A stretch of DNA of 64,000 bases from a virus. The translations under genes and the position numbers were made by a program. Below, in pieces: positions 20,746 to 34,467 of the stretch. Every line of letters begins with the position of its first letter. Within the stretch, counting starts at the first letter, position 1. Under the pieces are notes generated by a model. That model saw nothing but the letters and a program-made list of their open reading frames with translations, was not told the DNA's origin and did no database searches. The stretch lies in UHGV virus genome UHGV-1343746; one strand, 5' to 3'.

Positions 20746-21641
20746 TATGAACTTCCTTCTTGTTGAGATTTATCTTTTCTGCCTTTGACGATTTGGGCGA
20801 CTTCTGCCATAATCCCATAATCACCACCTGCTACTGTTTCTTTACCAGCAATGAAATAGTCGTTGCTATTGTTTGTTTTGCTGACTTTTAAATAATCTTT
20901 ACTGGTACTTCCACCAGTTTTATCCACTCTTACATAACCATCTCTTACACCTGCATCTGCAAAACTACCTAATTTATTTGCTTCTAGAGAGCCACCTGTG
21001 TTGTTCGTAATAAGACCCTTGTTAGTGTTTGTTACAAACCAGTTATTGTTCTCATCAGTAATTGCCAGAGATGAATCGGCAACCTCTACAGGAGTCCAAG
21101 CAGTACCATTTAAGGTAACATCTCTAAGGATAACTGCTGAACCAATAGTTGTTGCAGCAATCTTAGAAAGTGTGTATGCTGTATCTAACACGTTATTACG
21201 AGTGTTTACACGGATAACAATTCCACCAGTCATTGGCGTAATGTGCTCAAAAATCTGACTGAATGATGCGTTGTAAAGGGTCATAACAGCCCTTTGTAAG
21301 AAGCTTGGTGTGGTGTCAGAACGTCTTAAGAAAATTTGAATGTAGAGGATAGCTCTGTAAGTGTCATCATCAGCACCAATAGGTCTAGGGACTTTAATCA
21401 AAGCCCCGATGTTATCAAGTTGTGTGCCAACACCTACACGAATATTTCTTTCAGTATATAACTGATTACTGATATCCTCTAATAATTGTAACTCATCTGT
21501 GATAGATTTCAATAGACTCGTGTAAATAAACTTATCTTTGAATTGAGTTACAGTTCTTTCGTCCAATGTTTTCTCATAAAAGTTTTCAATCTTTTTAAAC
21601 ATTGTTACTCCTTGGTAATTGTATACTGTGAGCTTTCCCAA
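20745..21641 (-). CDS. baseplate/tail protein (P2 gpI-like position)
   Basis: 298 aa immediately after J-like gene. Confidence 0.4.
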   Translation of the reverse strand: MGKLTVYNYQGVTMFKKIENFYEKTLDERTVTQFKDKFIYTSLLKSITDELQLLEDISNQLYTERNIRVGVGTQLDNIGALIKVPRPIGADDDTYRAILYIQIFLRRSDTTPSFLQRAVMTLYNASFSQIFEHITPMTGGIVIRVNTRNNVLDTAYTLSKIAATTIGSAVILRDVTLNGTAWTPVEVADSSLAITDENNNWFVTNTNKGLITNNTGGSLEANKLGSFADAGVRDGYVRVDKTGGSTSKDYLKVSKTNNSNDYFIAGKETVAGGDYGIMAEVAQIVKGRKDKSQQEGSS

Positions 21642-23074
21642 ACAGTGTACTGGTCACCATCAATAGTGATTCTTGAAGTTGTGTACTGCCCCTCAGCAGG
21701 TGGAATTGCTTGGTTATTTGAAAGTGCAACCTTAATCTCATTAATCTCGATACCTTGAATCACATCATAGATATGTCCATAGATTCTGTTAGGGATTACA
21801 TCGTTACCAACTTTCAAAGTTCTACCGTAGGCATTAATACCTTGAACAATTCTGTCATGAATATCCTGTTCAGGGATGTTAAGAGTTTCTTCATCGTAAA
21901 GAGAGTAAGTAACCTTGACAAAAACGTATTTAGGCATTGGTCTACTAAAGTAAACGTCGTGAGGGAGAGAACCTAAGTCATATGCAGTCCCAAAGATTGA
22001 ACCATATGGGCGAATACCAGCAGGTTTCGTGTCCCAGATTGCCTGTGCAATATTATCATTCTGACCACCAACTACAACAATCTTAAAAGACTTCGGAGGA
22101 AGACCGTCAGAGTTTGTTGTCTCAGTATCATTTTCTACACCAGAAGCATCAGACACACCTTGAACTCTCTTGACAGCAGCTACAATAGCATCTAGAGTAC
22201 CTACACCAGTAACAGCCAGAGATTCTAAGTAACGTTGTCTCAGTTCTGTGTCAGTTTCCTCATCACGACCTGTTGTCAAGTCATATCTGTTGAAAACACT
22301 ATCAAGACCATCTACAGTTGTTTCAATCTCAATCAAGGTTCCTGCCAGAGTCTGGATAGCTCCAGTTTCATCTGCTACAACGTCACTGATTGAAGTAATC
22401 TTTGTAAATGTTAAGAATGTCGTTGCAGTAACAACCATAGGGTTAGTTCTGGCAATGATATCTCCAGTGTCTTTATAGATTCTCAGAACTGAACCATCAT
22501 TAGTAACTTCAGCCTTTGCAATAATACCACCATTAATAGCATCTGCAAGTTTCTGTAGCAATGTTGTAATGGTATCAGAACTAGTCGGCTGATATGAATA
22601 CTCAATGTTGTCAATGATAATAACATAGTTTGCATCTGTTCGTAAAGAGTTAACTTCTAAGTTTGCCTCTACACAGTAAGATGGAGTCAGTGTGAAAGTT
22701 GACACAGGGTAAAAGATGTTACCTGCTGTGCTTCTTAATCTTGTAGTGGCTGGTACAGGAGCACCAGAATTACCAGTGAACTCAGCTTGACCTCTTGTAG
22801 CCTGTGCCACATATCTGTATACAGCATTCAAAGCTGTTACATCATCTAAACTGAATCCTTCAGCTTTGTCAATAGTACCACCATCATAGATTTCTGACAA
22901 GATTTCATGAACGTCTGCAAGACCTCGGCAAACAGAAGCTAAGAATAACCCAAGTTCGCTATCTTCAGAAACATCAAGGTTTGGTGAGATATCTCTATAC
23001 AGACTTGCTTTAACATCATCCAAGATTTCTTGATATCTTTTTGTTTGTAAACCTGTAGTTGTTAATCCAGCCAT
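21605..23074 (-). CDS. baseplate protein J-like
   Basis: 489 aa; position and size in V-W-J-I gene order. Confidence 0.5.
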   Translation of the reverse strand: MAGLTTTGLQTKRYQEILDDVKASLYRDISPNLDVSEDSELGLFLASVCRGLADVHEILSEIYDGGTIDKAEGFSLDDVTALNAVYRYVAQATRGQAEFTGNSGAPVPATTRLRSTAGNIFYPVSTFTLTPSYCVEANLEVNSLRTDANYVIIIDNIEYSYQPTSSDTITTLLQKLADAINGGIIAKAEVTNDGSVLRIYKDTGDIIARTNPMVVTATTFLTFTKITSISDVVADETGAIQTLAGTLIEIETTVDGLDSVFNRYDLTTGRDEETDTELRQRYLESLAVTGVGTLDAIVAAVKRVQGVSDASGVENDTETTNSDGLPPKSFKIVVVGGQNDNIAQAIWDTKPAGIRPYGSIFGTAYDLGSLPHDVYFSRPMPKYVFVKVTYSLYDEETLNIPEQDIHDRIVQGINAYGRTLKVGNDVIPNRIYGHIYDVIQGIEINEIKVALSNNQAIPPAEGQYTTSRITIDGDQYTVWESSQYTITKE

Positions 23075-23489
23075 TAAATGTTTACCTCTGTATTAATTTC
23101 AACATCGTCAGCAGTTGTCGTTGCATTAAATCTTACTGACACTTTTCTCATTGCATTATCCATTGTTGAAGAGTAGTTGTAGATGTTTGTTACATCTCTC
23201 GTTTCAACAAGGTAACCTTTCATATAATTATCAAAAATAGAGGTCTTCTGCTTGAACTTCGCAAGCTGTAAATAAGGGAATCCAGCAGATGTATTAAAGA
23301 ATACTTCTCCAGCCCTTAGAAGACACCTAATATGTAATCTTTGAGCTACCTGAGTAGCTTTATCGTCTTCTGGGATAATTCTAATCTGATTACCCGTAAT
23401 TTTTAAATCTCCGTGAGCAACGTATACAGAATCATTTCCTAATTTAGCTACGTAGTCACCACCAAGATTGATTGCAAAATCTGTTTTCA

Positions 23490-23490
<1 letters not shown>
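23074..23490 (-). CDS. baseplate protein W/gp25-like
   Basis: 138 aa between V-like and J-like genes. Confidence 0.45.
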
Positions 23491-26251
<2,761 letters not shown>

Positions 26252-26252
<1 letters not shown>

Positions 26253-28489
26253 TATTCATCCTCTGGGTAGCTAGAGTTTAACAGAATATCTTCCTGACTC
26301 TTATCAGTGATATCCACCATCTTAGTAGCAATCTGCTTACCATCCAGATTAAAGGAAACGTGAAGCGTCTGCTTAGTTTGCAATGGTAGTCCAGAAGGAG
26401 TCATCATCATAGGTGTCTGGTTAAACTTGTTTGCAAAGTTATTTAGAGACTCAGACAGGTTGTTCATGATAATATCCCAATTTGACAAACCATTATCAAC
26501 TCTCTGAATATTTCCAGAAGTGTCTGTGGTATATTGTGCAAACTGAAGTTGTCCATTCTGGTCAAAGAACATTGGACGTTTTGGATTAGTGATTCCTGAG
26601 ATAGCTTCATTGAAAGGATTAGGTGTATTAACTTCGCTAAATCTCTTTCCAGCATTCTTATCAACTGAACCAGATAACATTAATGCAGAACCACCTACAC
26701 CAAGAGCCATTCTGGTTGCTGATACACCAGCCGTTGTAGCTGCTGTTTCTGCTGCTGTAGTTAATCCAAACTTCTGTGCAATCTTAGCTAAGATACCTTC
26801 TTCAAAGATACTCTTGACAAATGCTACAGTACCACCAAAGATTTTAGCGACTTTTGTAATAGCTGCAATTGAAACACCAATAGCGGTGAACGTAGCAACT
26901 AACTCAGCAGAATCCTTGATTAGTTTCTGTTGACTAGCATCTAATTCCTTGAAATAACCCATTGAGGTGTAGTACAATGAAGAAATGCGGTACATGATAT
27001 CTGTCACGAAGTCTAGGAGGTTACTTGCACCTTTTAAAAGGTAACCGATACCTGTACCAAGTGCTTCAGATGTACCAAGGGAACCTTGCAAGAACATTGC
27101 AACTGAGTTAGAGAGTTGTGAAATACCTTCGCTAGAGTTGTTAAACAAAGCTACAAGGGTGTTATCCCACATTGCCTTTGCTTGACCCATAGAGGTAGCT
27201 GTCTGCTTAGAAACTGCATTCATACCACCTGCTGCTTCAACAAGCTCTCTCATTTTTTCTGAGACTTTTGGTAGAACGTCTTTTGCAAGAAGCTGACCAT
27301 CTTTCATCATCTTGTCAAGTTCTTGTGGAGTTTTACCAATAGCATCAGAGAATAACTGAACAGCACCTGCCAAACGGTCACCTAACTGTCCACGAAGTTC
27401 TTCAGCCTGAATCTTACCTTTAGATGCCATTTGCTGGAAAGCAACCATGATACCTTTCAAGTCTTCATCAGAAGCACCACGAATACGTGAGAACATAGCA
27501 GCATTCTTATAGAACTCTTGAGTCCCTTTAAAACCTAACTCTGGTTGAGCACCAGCAGCGAAGTTTGAGTACTGCTTCATAGTGTCTGTGTAGTTCTGAC
27601 CAATCTGGTGAGAGAACGTAGCAGCGAACATTCTAGCTTGCTGTGTATCCCCTCCAAAGATAGCTGTTGAGGCTAACTGTGCAGACTGTCTCTTTACACC
27701 TGCATCAATAGTCTTCTGAGCTAATTCCAGCATAGCATACGCTGAAACAAAACCACCTACAAGCTGTCTTAGTGAAGAGTTTGCTCTGTCTTGTAACCAA
27801 GCTGACTCTCTGACTGCCTTAAGTCTAGCATTTTCTGCAATAACCCAACGTTTGGTAGTGTCAATGAGTTTCTTAACTTCCATCTCATACTCACCAACTT
27901 TACCACTACCTTTGTACTTATTATAGATTCCTTGTAAGCTTCCTCTGAAGGAAGTAGCCATTTGGTTACCTTGTCCACCAATTGTTTCAAGACGACGAGT
28001 CAAACCAGAATAGAAGTTGTTATTAAACATTCTTTCCATTTGTCTTTGAGCAATATCAGGTCTAACTCTAGGTGAACCACCACCTCCAACCGGAGGGATA
28101 GTATTACCACGGCCTCTACCAACTCCACCACGAACATTGACTTTACCTTCAACATTCATAGCTTGTCTTAGAGCCTTATTAATTTCTTTGGCTGTTTTCT
28201 TACCCTGTGTTTCTAATCTACGAAGTGATTTTACACCTTGTGAATCTAAATTCATAGCATTGTTTAGGGATTTATTGATTCTGCCTGAAGCAGTCTGAGC
28301 GTTTTTTACAAGTCTGTTTAGAGCGTCTTGTGAACTTCTATTAGGCTTCACATCAAAGGCTTTATTGATATTGCGTTCGATACGTTGAGCAGACTGCATA
28401 GCCATTTTCTCAACTCTTTGCAAACCCTTAACAACCTTTTCACTGAATCCAAGTTCAACAATAAAACTATCAACTGTATATTGTGCCAT
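26252..28489 (-). CDS. tail tape measure protein
   Basis: 745 aa; Ala/Gly/Ser-rich, long helical segments, after chaperone pair. Confidence 0.75.
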
Positions 28490-28716
28490 TAAATTTTACC
28501 TGCTTTTCTGAGTTCGTTGTAAGCCATTTCTTCTTTATATGACTTCTGGATTTCTAAATACTGACGTAGAGATAATAAATCAACGAAGGTCATATCAAAA
28601 AGTTGGTTGAGTGTTTCTTTACACCCATCCATACCATAAATAGCAAGCACAAATTTCATCTCATCTGCTTCATCATAAGTTGCCTTTACAGCCCCGTCAG
28701 TCAGCGGGGTCTGCAT
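28489..28716 (-). CDS. tail assembly chaperone, frameshift extension (T-like)
   Basis: 75-aa ORF in -1 frame relative to upstream chaperone. Confidence 0.55.
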   Translation of the reverse strand: MQTPLTDGAVKATYDEADEMKFVLAIYGMDGCKETLNQLFDMTFVDLLSLRQYLEIQKSYKEEMAYNELRKAGKI

Positions 28717-28724
28717 AGAATAAC

Positions 28725-29126
28725 TTAAGCTTCCTGCTGAGAAGTTAGGCTTTTGAAAATGCTTGCCTCGAAAAAACTTCCGAAGTTTGCCTCCAAAGCA
28801 AAAGCTAAGAAGTCAATAAATTCACCGTAGTTCGCTTGGAAGTAACTATCAATTTTCAGTGGGAAGTCATTAACTGTTGCCCCCTGAAATAGTGTCTCTG
28901 CCATTGCATCAATATCTAGTTCATCAACCTTTTCAAAGCAAGCTTCAACGAGTTCTTTAAATGGGATTTTAGCTTCCCCATCTTTAGAGGTTAAACCAGA
29001 GAACATCTGTGCAAATGCTGGTACAACTGCTTTACCAAGTTTCATAGAGATACGAATACCATCTCTTGCTCCAAGAAGAATAATAGTTACCTTCTTGCCG
29101 TTAATCATTTTAGTTTCAGTCTTCAT
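28725..29126 (-). CDS. tail assembly chaperone (G-like)
   Basis: 133 aa between tube and tape measure; slippery site near 3' end. Confidence 0.6.
   Translation of the reverse strand: MKTETKMINGKKVTIILLGARDGIRISMKLGKAVVPAFAQMFSGLTSKDGEAKIPFKELVEACFEKVDELDIDAMAETLFQGATVNDFPLKIDSYFQANYGEFIDFLAFALEANFGSFFEASIFKSLTSQQEA
28770..28776 (-). other. -1 programmed frameshift slippery heptamer T_TTT_TTC
   Basis: minus-strand TTTTTTC in zero-frame register; -1 frame stays open into 28489..28716. Confidence 0.55.
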
Positions 29127-29149
29127 TGTGATTCCTTAAAAGTTATGCT

Positions 29150-29189
29150 ATAAAAACACAAAAGGGGAAGACCTTTTACAGTCTCCCCC
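29150..29189 (-). terminator. rho-independent terminator after tail tube gene
   Basis: minus-strand hairpin GGGGAGAC...GUCUUCCCC followed by UUUUGUGUUUUUAU. Confidence 0.55.
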
Positions 29190-29202
29190 TTATTAGGATT
29201 TG

Positions 29203-29649
29203 TTAAACGCTTGACGCAGGGATTGTTGAAGTGTAGTCTAACTTCTCACAACCGAAAATCCAAGTTTTCGAGTTCTGGTCACGACCTAATTCAATCTGTG
29301 GAAGCTCTTGCAACCAAGCATTAATACCTGTTGCCAGAACTGAACCAGATGGGTCGTAAATTACAAAGTTAGATGAGATATCTTCTTCAAGTTCCATGTC
29401 ATCTTGTTTAGCTTGAATTGCAGAAAGCATCTGGTTTGATAGAGAAGTCTGCATTAGCTCAATCTCAATCGTACCTGTCTTGTCTGCATTTCTTGTCAGA
29501 GCCACTTGACCACCTGCACCTACAACTTGCGTAACAAGTGGAGAGTTTCTCTGAAGACGCAAGAATGAGTCTGGTGCAAAACCTTCAATGGCAATGCCAT
29601 TCCAGCTACAAACTACATCTTTAGGGGAATATTGCTGATACATAGCCAT
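29203..29649 (-). CDS. tail tube protein
   Basis: 148 aa directly downstream of sheath-sized gene, followed by terminator. Confidence 0.5.
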   Translation of the reverse strand: MAMYQQYSPKDVVCSWNGIAIEGFAPDSFLRLQRNSPLVTQVVGAGGQVALTRNADKTGTIEIELMQTSLSNQMLSAIQAKQDDMELEEDISSNFVIYDPSGSVLATGINAWLQELPQIELGRDQNSKTWIFGCEKLDYTSTIPASSV

Positions 29650-29663
29650 TCCTAATTACTCCT

Positions 29664-31016
29664 TTATTCGTAAGCCACTGTGCCTTTCAAGTCAACATCC
29701 AAGATAGCCCCTGCAAGAATACCGTGGAAGGTAATGTCTTTCAGGATACGTGCTTTCTTATCTGCCAATGCAACTTGTGAGGCTTTAGGAACAGTAACGG
29801 TGTAAGTTGACAAAAAGTTTCTGTTAACTGCTCGCTGAAGAGATGTTTCAATGACCTGACGAATACGGGTAATACCAGTATCATCATAAGTAATCTTACC
29901 ACCCTTCTGATTAATTAGCAAGTCTCTCAGAGATGTTTTCAAATCAGATTCAAGCCAATCAACACCACGTACAATATCAATCCATTCACCACCAGAAGTG
30001 ATACCTCTGCGCACTACAGGAACCCCACCATCGAGGTCAATGAAGTTACAGCTACGGGTATCCAAAGCTGACTTCTGAATGCTTGTCAGTGGTCTCTGGT
30101 TAGCAGGTTGTAGGGATGCTGCAACACCAGTTAACTGAGCGTTACCCCAAGCAATTGAACCTGCATCGTATGGAGCACCATATGCAATGTAAGCCATTTC
30201 TGGGTAGTCAAACTCGGCTGTGTGATGCCACAAGCAAACTGTACGAGTGTACTTGCTCTTAGCTAACTGTGCCGGAACATCTGTTGCAGAGGTCAAATCA
30301 GTGCCTTGTAGAGCCTTAACGTCAGCATTAGCTGTGAAGAAAATCTTCTTACGAGCCTGAATCTCTGAAGCCATTGCCAAGACAAACTGTTGAGTTCTGT
30401 CTTCTGCTGAGATGAAGTACCAATCTGTTGAATATGTTTCAATGGATGCCAGAGCAGCAGAAGCCGTGTCAGCAGTTGTTGCTGCAATAGACGTTGTAGG
30501 TGTAATAGATGTTACTTTTACGAAGTCATTATCACCAGCTTTAGTAATAATCATCGTCGCAGAAGCACCAGTACCTGTTACACTAGCATTAACACCATCT
30601 TTAATTGTTGGGCTTGCTTCAATCTGTGATTTAAACTCATTCAAGACAATAAGTGCTGTGTCGTTTTCTTTTGCAGTGTACTGGAATGGCTGAGAAACAC
30701 CACCACCGATAGCAACTGTCAATGAATATTCACTTCCTTCAGCCACTGTGTCAGGAATAGAAACAGTATATTGCATAGTTCTTCTACCAATATACAGTTG
30801 AGTTACTTTTGGAGTTTGGCTCCATAGCTGTTTTGCAGCTTTATACGCAGCAGTACTTTCATCAAAGTCTTCAGCTACTTCTGTTAATGAAGTATAACCA
30901 CGGATTCTTTCTTCAAAGTTATCTGTTGAAGCAAGGAATAATGGTAAACCAAAACCTTCTCTTGTAGTTCCTGCTGTGTTCAATGTAATATCTACATTAA
31001 CAATTGGATTCCACAT
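29664..31016 (-). CDS. tail sheath protein
   Basis: 450 aa immediately upstream of tube gene; contractile-tail gene order. Confidence 0.5.
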   Translation of the reverse strand: MWNPIVNVDITLNTAGTTREGFGLPLFLASTDNFEERIRGYTSLTEVAEDFDESTAAYKAAKQLWSQTPKVTQLYIGRRTMQYTVSIPDTVAEGSEYSLTVAIGGGVSQPFQYTAKENDTALIVLNEFKSQIEASPTIKDGVNASVTGTGASATMIITKAGDNDFVKVTSITPTTSIAATTADTASAALASIETYSTDWYFISAEDRTQQFVLAMASEIQARKKIFFTANADVKALQGTDLTSATDVPAQLAKSKYTRTVCLWHHTAEFDYPEMAYIAYGAPYDAGSIAWGNAQLTGVAASLQPANQRPLTSIQKSALDTRSCNFIDLDGGVPVVRRGITSGGEWIDIVRGVDWLESDLKTSLRDLLINQKGGKITYDDTGITRIRQVIETSLQRAVNRNFLSTYTVTVPKASQVALADKKARILKDITFHGILAGAILDVDLKGTVAYE

Positions 31017-31616
31017 TTATTTTACCCCTTTGGAGTCTACATCTAGATGGATAGTATATTCTGGTGGCTCCTGTCCTTCCTCGTAAACCAATTCACCATC
31101 CACAATGATACGTTCGATAATACTTCCACGTTCATCTTTTAATACTGAATTTTTTACAAGGGTTACAACAAGAGGTGCAGAATTTTCAAAATCTGTGTTG
31201 AGATAAGTATAATCATTTGGGATAGCCCCTGTATCAAGTACTGAAGCACCTGTCATGTCAGCTAGATAATCTCTTGTAGTACTCATCTCTAATCTTTGTT
31301 TTAGCTCAAGCATAATACTGTGAGCACCTTTACCATTTACAGTAATCAGTACAGGAATCTGGAAAGCAATTCTGTAACAAACTACATCATCTTCCACGAA
31401 CTTATCAAGAACCCAACCATAAGGTGTGGTAGCATCTTGACAGTATACTGTAATAAAAGGCTGGTCTGGTTTTAGACCTTTATCATTGGAATTATCTGAA
31501 GGGTAAGCCCTAATAACATTTGGTCTGTTATTCTTGTCTCTCGCTAAACGGTGACCAATAACATCAACCAAAACTCGGACAATACCTTTCTCAAGTTCTG
31601 CTGTTTCTAACTGCAT
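31017..31616 (-). CDS. tail completion/neck protein
   Basis: 199 aa between head and tail modules. Confidence 0.35.
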   Translation of the reverse strand: MQLETAELEKGIVRVLVDVIGHRLARDKNNRPNVIRAYPSDNSNDKGLKPDQPFITVYCQDATTPYGWVLDKFVEDDVVCYRIAFQIPVLITVNGKGAHSIMLELKQRLEMSTTRDYLADMTGASVLDTGAIPNDYTYLNTDFENSAPLVVTLVKNSVLKDERGSIIERIIVDGELVYEEGQEPPEYTIHLDVDSKGVK

Positions 31617-31992
31617 TCATCTTATCCCTTCTAATAATGATATACTCATAATGGGATGTGTGAGCTAATTGTTCAGACCAATCCATTGTCATAAAGACTT
31701 CGTATTCGTGTCCCTTAATCATGACAATATCAGCTTCAGTCCAATCAACATCATCAGACGTTCTTAACTCAGCTACAGTGAAAAGGATTCTTGTATCTGT
31801 CAGTCTGATACCTTCAGGTAAAACAATCTGTGTACCATTCTTTACAGAACCCTTAATATAAGGTTGAATATTACCTTTGCAGTTAATTGATACAACATCC
31901 TGTGAAGCTACCCAATCACCATCTTCATTGTAATGACCATCTTCAGATACCTTTCTTTTAACTACAAAGCTGTGTCTATTTAAGAGTCTCAT
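31591..31992 (-). CDS. head-tail joining protein
   Basis: 133-aa ORF. Confidence 0.35.
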   Translation of the reverse strand: MRLLNRHSFVVKRKVSEDGHYNEDGDWVASQDVVSINCKGNIQPYIKGSVKNGTQIVLPEGIRLTDTRILFTVAELRTSDDVDWTEADIVMIKGHEYEVFMTMDWSEQLAHTSHYEYIIIRRDKMNAVRNSRT

Positions 31993-32471
31993 TTTTTAAT
32001 ACCTTTCTTAGTAGAGATTTTATAAGCAAGGTTATCTCGTAAATCTCCAGTTTCCACAAGAGGGGCATTGAAGCCTTTCTTTTTAACTGTAGATGGAGCG
32101 TTAGGAGGCAATATAGCCGTATTACCAAAACCTCTTTTAATTGCTTTCTGAGCACTCTTTGCAAATGCTTCTAAAGTATCTGAGGGGTCAGTATTAAGAC
32201 TGTTTAATTGCTTATAGAGATTCTTCTTAGTCTGCTCTAACAAGGTCTGTCTGTGTAACATCATAGTAATTTCAAACAACCTACGATATACTTTACCTGA
32301 AGCTGCTGGTACACCAATAACTTCATGTAAGTACATTAAAGCAGAGTAAGAAAAACCAGAGCTATGTTGACCTTGTTCCTGAAAATACCCAACTTGAGCA
32401 TTAGCCGTATGCAAGTTCTTCATAGCCCCGACTAATTTAGCTCTAGCGGGGTGAATAACCCTTTTAACCAT
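31989..32471 (-). CDS. head-tail joining protein
   Basis: 160-aa ORF. Confidence 0.35.
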   Translation of the reverse strand: MVKRVIHPARAKLVGAMKNLHTANAQVGYFQEQGQHSSGFSYSALMYLHEVIGVPAASGKVYRRLFEITMMLHRQTLLEQTKKNLYKQLNSLNTDPSDTLEAFAKSAQKAIKRGFGNTAILPPNAPSTVKKKGFNAPLVETGDLRDNLAYKISTKKGIKK

Positions 32472-32920
32472 TATTCATCTCGCTCGATAATAAATACACC
32501 ATTGACACGTTCACAGTAATCTCTACCGTTGTATCTAACAGCATCGCCATATTCAGTATATTTCTTGACAGAGCAAGGATTTTGACGACGCATATCAATA
32601 TCACACTGGTTAATACCACCCGCATAAGGGAGGCCACTAACAGAGCTTTTAACTAGGTCGTCATAGACAGCTTTCAGAGATTTGAATCTGGAAGAGTTTC
32701 GTAAATAAACACCACCAACTTTCTCATCTCCCATCTTGGCTACTTGAAAGAGTAAATATTTAAGAGCTTTGATGGCTGCTTTCTTTTCATCCTTTCCAGA
32801 TTCTTGGTAGAACCACTCTAGCACCGATTGGTCAATGAGGATTTCATTGTTGTCAGTATCGGTGCAGAGGATTCGAACTCTATCAAGAGGGTTATTAGCG
32901 GGGTCGCCTGTATAACACAT
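32471..32920 (-). CDS. head completion/adaptor protein
   Basis: 149-aa ORF directly downstream of capsid gene. Confidence 0.35.
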   Translation of the reverse strand: MCYTGDPANNPLDRVRILCTDTDNNEILIDQSVLEWFYQESGKDEKKAAIKALKYLLFQVAKMGDEKVGGVYLRNSSRFKSLKAVYDDLVKSSVSGLPYAGGINQCDIDMRRQNPCSVKKYTEYGDAVRYNGRDYCERVNGVFIIERDE

Positions 32921-32942
32921 TTATAACCCTCCTTTCAAGTTA

Positions 32943-34046
32943 TTACTCAGCGTCTGAACGAACGTCAACAAGCAGTTGAGGACGTGTGCAGTATGGCAGC
33001 ATGTAAGAGTGGGCTTCGAAGTCAATACCTTCGTCACGGTCTTTCTCATATTCGAACACATACAGTTCCTGACCCAGAGTGTTTGCATAACCCATCTTAG
33101 GACATGGAGCGTAAGCAACTTCGAAGATGTTGTTAGCTTCACCCAACATTGCTACGTTAGGGAATGCGTGACCTACACCAACATTAGTATCAGATACACC
33201 GTCAATGCTAACCAGAGTATGAGTCTTACCACGCTTATCTTTGAACTTACCGTTGTACTGTACGAATACAACACCACCGTAGTAGAAGCGGTTCATGTGA
33301 GCCTGAACACCATCAGTACCACCAGTTCTCAGAGAACCAGTAATCTGTTGCCAAGCCAGCGGAGTCTGCTGTGCAAGGTATGCGTCACGAATCTTAGGAT
33401 GCTTGATAAGCTTGCTGAAGAAAGTTCTGTCAACAACGATGTGAATTTCTTCACCGTTGATTACAGTACCTGTCTTAGCTTCATCTTCCATGTGCATACG
33501 CAGGTCTTCAATGTGCGCATCGATATCAGAGTTCGGGTTGTCCAAGTCGAAGTAGATAGTCTTCTTAGTTACATCGAACTGCTTGTACAGGTCTGCGTAC
33601 AGAACACCGTTAGCGTCGATAACTTTACCCTTCAGGGCTTGCATAAACAAGAACTCACGAGTAATATCAAACTTGGTACGAATCTTCATCAGCTTCTTAG
33701 CACGTACAACTGCTTCAGTAGTCAGTTCATTTGCAGTGCCTGGCTGACGAACACCCTGAATCTCATCAGGAGTGATGCTCTCAACTTCCTTGAAGTACAT
33801 CATCGGGAAGCTAATCTGACGAACACGCTCAGGAGCGCTAGTCTCAGCTTTACGGCTGGTACGGTCTACCGCATCCAGTAAGCTGATATCCCAATCAGTC
33901 AAGTCCATCAGGAAAGTAGTCTGTGTTTGTGGAGCAGAACGGAACAGTCCCAGACCAGAGATATATCCGTAAGTATTTGGAATAGACTGGACTTCACCAG
34001 TTAAGTCAGCAAGGAAAAATCTGCTTTTTTCAGAATTAGTCAACAT
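32943..34046 (-). CDS. major capsid protein (lambda gpE-like)
   Basis: 367 aa; lambda-like gene order protease/scaffold, decoration, capsid. Confidence 0.7.
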   Translation of the reverse strand: MLTNSEKSRFFLADLTGEVQSIPNTYGYISGLGLFRSAPQTQTTFLMDLTDWDISLLDAVDRTSRKAETSAPERVRQISFPMMYFKEVESITPDEIQGVRQPGTANELTTEAVVRAKKLMKIRTKFDITREFLFMQALKGKVIDANGVLYADLYKQFDVTKKTIYFDLDNPNSDIDAHIEDLRMHMEDEAKTGTVINGEEIHIVVDRTFFSKLIKHPKIRDAYLAQQTPLAWQQITGSLRTGGTDGVQAHMNRFYYGGVVFVQYNGKFKDKRGKTHTLVSIDGVSDTNVGVGHAFPNVAMLGEANNIFEVAYAPCPKMGYANTLGQELYVFEYEKDRDEGIDFEAHSYMLPYCTRPQLLVDVRSDAE

Positions 34047-34077
34047 TGTAAAATTCTCCAGAATGTCTTATTATTAA

Positions 34078-34455
34078 TTACAGGCCAGTTGGGACGAAAT
34101 CAATACCTTTCGCCTTAAGAGCAGACTTGACAGCAGCAGCATCAACACTATCTGCCAGAGTTAGCATGTCTTTCAGTTCAGCGTCACGGTAAATACCAAC
34201 AACTTTTAACTGACCGTGGTAAGACAGTTGTAGGTCTGCGTAGAAGTTAACGATACATACAGAATCTGCCTGAGCTTCTTCACCTGCTGCAACTTTAGTA
34301 CCATCAGCTTTCAGAACTTCACCTACACGATACTCAGTGCTGGCTACTGGAGCGTACTCTTTACGAGAGTGACCAGTTGGTGTAATCTGTTCCCAAAGGA
34401 TGATATCGTTCAGAGGTTCTCTGTTACCTAATTTAGTAAAACCTTGATATGCCAT
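34078..34455 (-). CDS. head decoration protein (lambda gpD-like)
   Basis: 125 aa between protease and capsid. Confidence 0.5.
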   Translation of the reverse strand: MAYQGFTKLGNREPLNDIILWEQITPTGHSRKEYAPVASTEYRVGEVLKADGTKVAAGEEAQADSVCIVNFYADLQLSYHGQLKVVGIYRDAELKDMLTLADSVDAAAVKSALKAKGIDFVPTGL

Positions 34456-34467
34456 TATTTGTGTTCC

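Noticed and set aside
32976-33881. 301-aa plus-strand ORF
   Set aside because: Entirely antisense to the major capsid gene within a tightly packed minus-strand structural operon; low-complexity translation
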